The position numbers and the translations under genes were made by a program. The notes below the pieces were generated by a model. It did not search any database. It worked only from the letters and a program-made list of their open reading frames with translations, and was not told the DNA's origin. This document shows positions 61,301 to 64,000 of a stretch of 64,000 bases of DNA, one piece after another. Source of the stretch: Macrostomum hystrix (Eukaryota > Animalia > Platyhelminthes). Position 1 is the stretch's first letter. Every line of letters begins with the position of its first letter. The stretch is from assembly GCA_950097015.1 (NCBI GenBank), contig CATNEN010000001.1, positions 2,418,001-2,482,000 on the forward strand. Direction: 5' to 3'.

Positions 61301-62267
61301 ATTCCACTTTCAAGGTGTCCAGCATTATTGACGCACTGACAAACAAATTTGGCTATCCGCCTGAGATCGAGTGCTACAAAAGGGTATGCCATCATGGGTA
61401 TAGCAGTTAGCAGTGACTGCGTTCATTTTCTTAGCTACATGTATACCTACAGTAGATTGTTAAAGACAGAAGGTCTAAGGTCGCATCTGAGCTTGAATCC
61501 GCGGCAAGGCCACAATCATATTGGCATTGGGGGCGAAGCGGCGGAGAGAAGGCTTGGGGGTTTGTCGATGCAAGTCATGACAGATTTTGTGAACTTCTTT
61601 AAGTTGAATCTTATAAAATACTGTCAGTAGAATAAATATGATTTATCTGCAATAGGTCGCTTGAATATATTGAAGTTTAATTCTATTTATTTGCTATTCT
61701 CATACAAATAAAATCAAACCACAAGACCTGACTCCTCATGTCCCACTAGGCATATGGTCATGATTGAGTTATTAATAATTGATTACACCTGCCCCAATTG
61801 GGTCAGCCGACAGCACAGCCGCAGCTACAACCTCTTAGTCATATTGTGATAGGAAAAATATTTCATAGAAAGTGGTTGTTGATAAAACAAAATGGATTTA
61901 TTTTTTAACTTAGCATACCCGAAAACCTCTGTAGACTCAGATAGATGAACCTACTAAAACTGAGAAGCCACAAATCTTACCTGTCAACTAGACTCCATAA
62001 ATGTATTCTACACGTTTTTCGTCTATTGAATCTTACAATAGAGATTTCATGGCCTATTTATCATCGGTATTTCAGATAACTGAGGAAGGCAAATTGCAAT
62101 ACGTTAGAGAGATCCACATCTGCTTTGAGAAGGATTTAACGCCTCGCAGCTGTTCCAGAACGCCAAATTTTAAGGACAATACTCTGCTGTACGAAGATAC
62201 CAGACTGTTGTATTCCGATTGTAACGAAGGCAGCGACGTTCTCTTGCCTGACGGGCTTCATCGCTGA
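58322..62267 (+). CDS. RNASET2: Ribonuclease T2, 248 aa; exons 58322-58471, 58560-58609, 58697-58751, 58839-58909, 60306-60419, 61160-61205, 61315-61383, 62076-62267
   Basis: Signal peptide MLLLLLLLFV; FDHLLLSQEWPFTYC; CAS I FNIHGLW|P; CAS II FW|KHEYDKHGAC; YFQAALDLY; SGIVP; P.IEC; REIHICFEKDL. All seven introns are GT-AG with consistent phases (747 nt). Confidence 0.93.
58968..60210 (+). repeat. 18-bp intronic minisatellite (GAATGCTAGTGTGAGAGT), ~65 copies with sporadic extra GAAT
   Basis: Direct reading; RNase T2 intron 4. Confidence 0.96.
60795..60900 (-). mobile_element. SINE family B 3' fragment
   Basis: TTTGGTGACACTAGACCCG...GCCCATTTCGCTGACTCCTGAGCAC...CAGGTGTGTACA; further fragments at about 60510-60570, 61450-61565 and 62770-62860. 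Confidence 0.7.
61770..61833 (-). mobile_element. Miniature SINE family A (5' end fused to 3' end)
   Basis: AATAATTGATTACACCTG...AGCCGCAGCTACAACCTC joins the tail segment to the first bases of the head. Confidence 0.65.
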
Positions 62268-63039
62268 GAACGGAAAAACCCAGGAAAACCCGGAAAAAAC
62301 TTTATCGGTGCTGGGACAATATATAATACCGTTTTTCAATAACTAATATAGAATATTCTAACTTTACTACTACTGGCTTCTGTAGCAAGTAGTATGAATG
62401 AGGTCTTCAGAATATTCGAGTTTCTAAAATACTAGTTATTCCATATTTTTAATTAACGTTTAACTTTTTTAAAATTGGCAATTTACTCAGTACTCACGAA
62501 TCTATAAGTGTTAGCCTGTATTGATTCAGTTGTTAGTTTTTTTATTTGCTGCGAGTGAACTATTCATCTCCCTTGATTAATAAAAGTTTTTACAAAAATT
62601 GATTTCCGCGTCCTTATAATAGTTTTAACATGTAAATATAATGGAATGTGTACAATAATAATTCGAAATTAATATTCCCAATATTTTTATAAACACGACT
62701 CGATTAAACGTGTTTATCATTTGGGTTCTCATTTACGAACATTGGGCTTGAGAGCGACTTACACCAAGAAGGGCCAACCTCCAAGGCGCAGCGGGAATGT
62801 AAACTGCCTGTTATATGAGCAAGTCAGGTCGCAGATGTACACACCAGTGTGTGTGCTCACTATAGTAATATAGTATAATTATTTTTTTCAGTTAGTTCGA
62901 TAAAAATGTTATTTAATTGGGTGTCATTGTACGAGTGGTTATAAAGTTCACCAATTGTGACATTGTTAATATAATTGGAGTGATAAATTCTAATTATATT
63001 GGTCAATGATCACGACAAAAAATATTAGTATTAATTAGA

Positions 63040-63297
63040 TTTGGTGACAAATAAACAGACACGCAGCTAGCTAGAGGAGGCAGTTCGGCCCATTTCGCTG
63101 ACTCCTGAGCACACACTCACGCAGGTGTGTACATCCGCCCTAACTTTCGCATAATCAGGCAGTGTACACTCTCACTGTGTCTTGGAGGTTGGTTGTCTTG
63201 GACTGTGTCAAAATGAATGTGGCCTCGCCGCGGAATCGAGCTCAGGGACCTTGTTGCGAGAGGCGAACGCGTTAAATCGCTCAGCCACTCACCCCCA
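63040..63297 (-). mobile_element. SINE family B copy
   Basis: Reverse complement of the family head and body. Confidence 0.82.
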
Positions 63298-63705
63298 TCA
63301 TAAAGAAAGATTTGAAACTCATAATGTGACATCATATCGTGCGTCCCGACCGGTAAGCGCTGTATTCGTGTCTGTCCTTTCGGAGTGCCAGGCCCGCACG
63401 GAGTACTGTAATAGTCTTAGAAGTACTGTGTGAGCAGTGAGCGTCCTAACGCCACCAGTCCCTGACTACAACAAAGCGTCCTAAAGCCTGGTTCAGTGAT
63501 CGATCATATTTTACTTAATAGGGCTGTGGGCCGGGGATCTCAAACCGACCACTGTCACTAAAGTAATTGTAGCCGAATCACATTGCGTCATTTGAAAATT
63601 GCATGAAATTTATAAATATATTTAATCACCACAGCAGTTATGTCAAGTCGCATTATGAAGTGATATAAAAATACATAAAATGAGTAAGGTAGGTGCAGTG
63701 GTATT

Positions 63706-63952
63706 TCACATGGCTAGTTTAGCTTCGAGTTCGGCATATTCAGCCTCCAATCTGGTAACCTCCTTGGCGAAATCTTCGTCCACCCTGGCCGCCTTATTGC
63801 GCACCTCCTCCATGTACTCGCGCCAGACTGACTCGCGCTGGGCGCGGCCTTCGCGTAGCACAGCTGGCAGCGGGGTGGCAGCCGAGGTTGGCACGTCGGG
63901 CGGCGGCAAGGCGGCCAGAAATAGACGCTCCCGATCAGCGATTTCGGCGCAT
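63706..63952 (-). CDS. BLOC1S5: Last exon of BLOC-1 subunit 5 (Muted); gene continues beyond the window
   Basis: WREYMEEVRNKAARVDEDFAKEVTRLEAEYAELEAKLA resembles the Muted C-terminus as recalled (W..FM.E..NK.A.VDE......RL...YAE.E..LA). The acceptor is either 63953-54 or 63979-80. Confidence 0.72.
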
Positions 63953-64000
63953 CTGGCGGCGGTTGATAATGAATTTTGCTATTGTTAGATGCCCATTTTT

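Overview
Eukaryotic (animal) genomic DNA with GT-AG introns. The gene style, SINEs and very high minisatellite load suggest an invertebrate such as a free-living flatworm, but that is inference only. Host genes that I could reconstruct by hand: RPS15A (2 exons), an FG-GAP/NERD1(At3g51050)-like membrane protein (5 exons, minus), a 4-TM MS4A/CD20-like ORF, an ABCG half-transporter (3 exons), a Maf-family nucleotide pyrophosphatase (2 exons, minus), a clarin, RNase T2 (8 exons, almost invisible in the ORF track) and the last exon of BLOC1S5/Muted. About a fifth of the window is made of ~15 unrelated minisatellite arrays (14-58 bp units), several of them inside introns. Mobile DNA: (1) a nearly intact Crypton-type tyrosine-recombinase element with definable ends, inserted in-frame into a hAT transposase remnant; (2) a Tc1 nested in a mariner; (3) an RTE-clade LINE split by a hAT MITE; (4) three hAT MITE families with 8-bp TSDs; (5) two tRNA-derived SINE families; (6) a probable solo LTR; (7) a candidate 13.3-kb satellite-filled DNA element (172-13493) bounded by 23-bp inverted repeats and carrying a frameshifted pogo-like HTH gene. 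All seven complete genes have a splice acceptor within 30 nt upstream of the ATG, which is compatible with spliced-leader trans-splicing. The long repeat ORFs are judged non-coding. All coordinates were read by eye and no searches were run.
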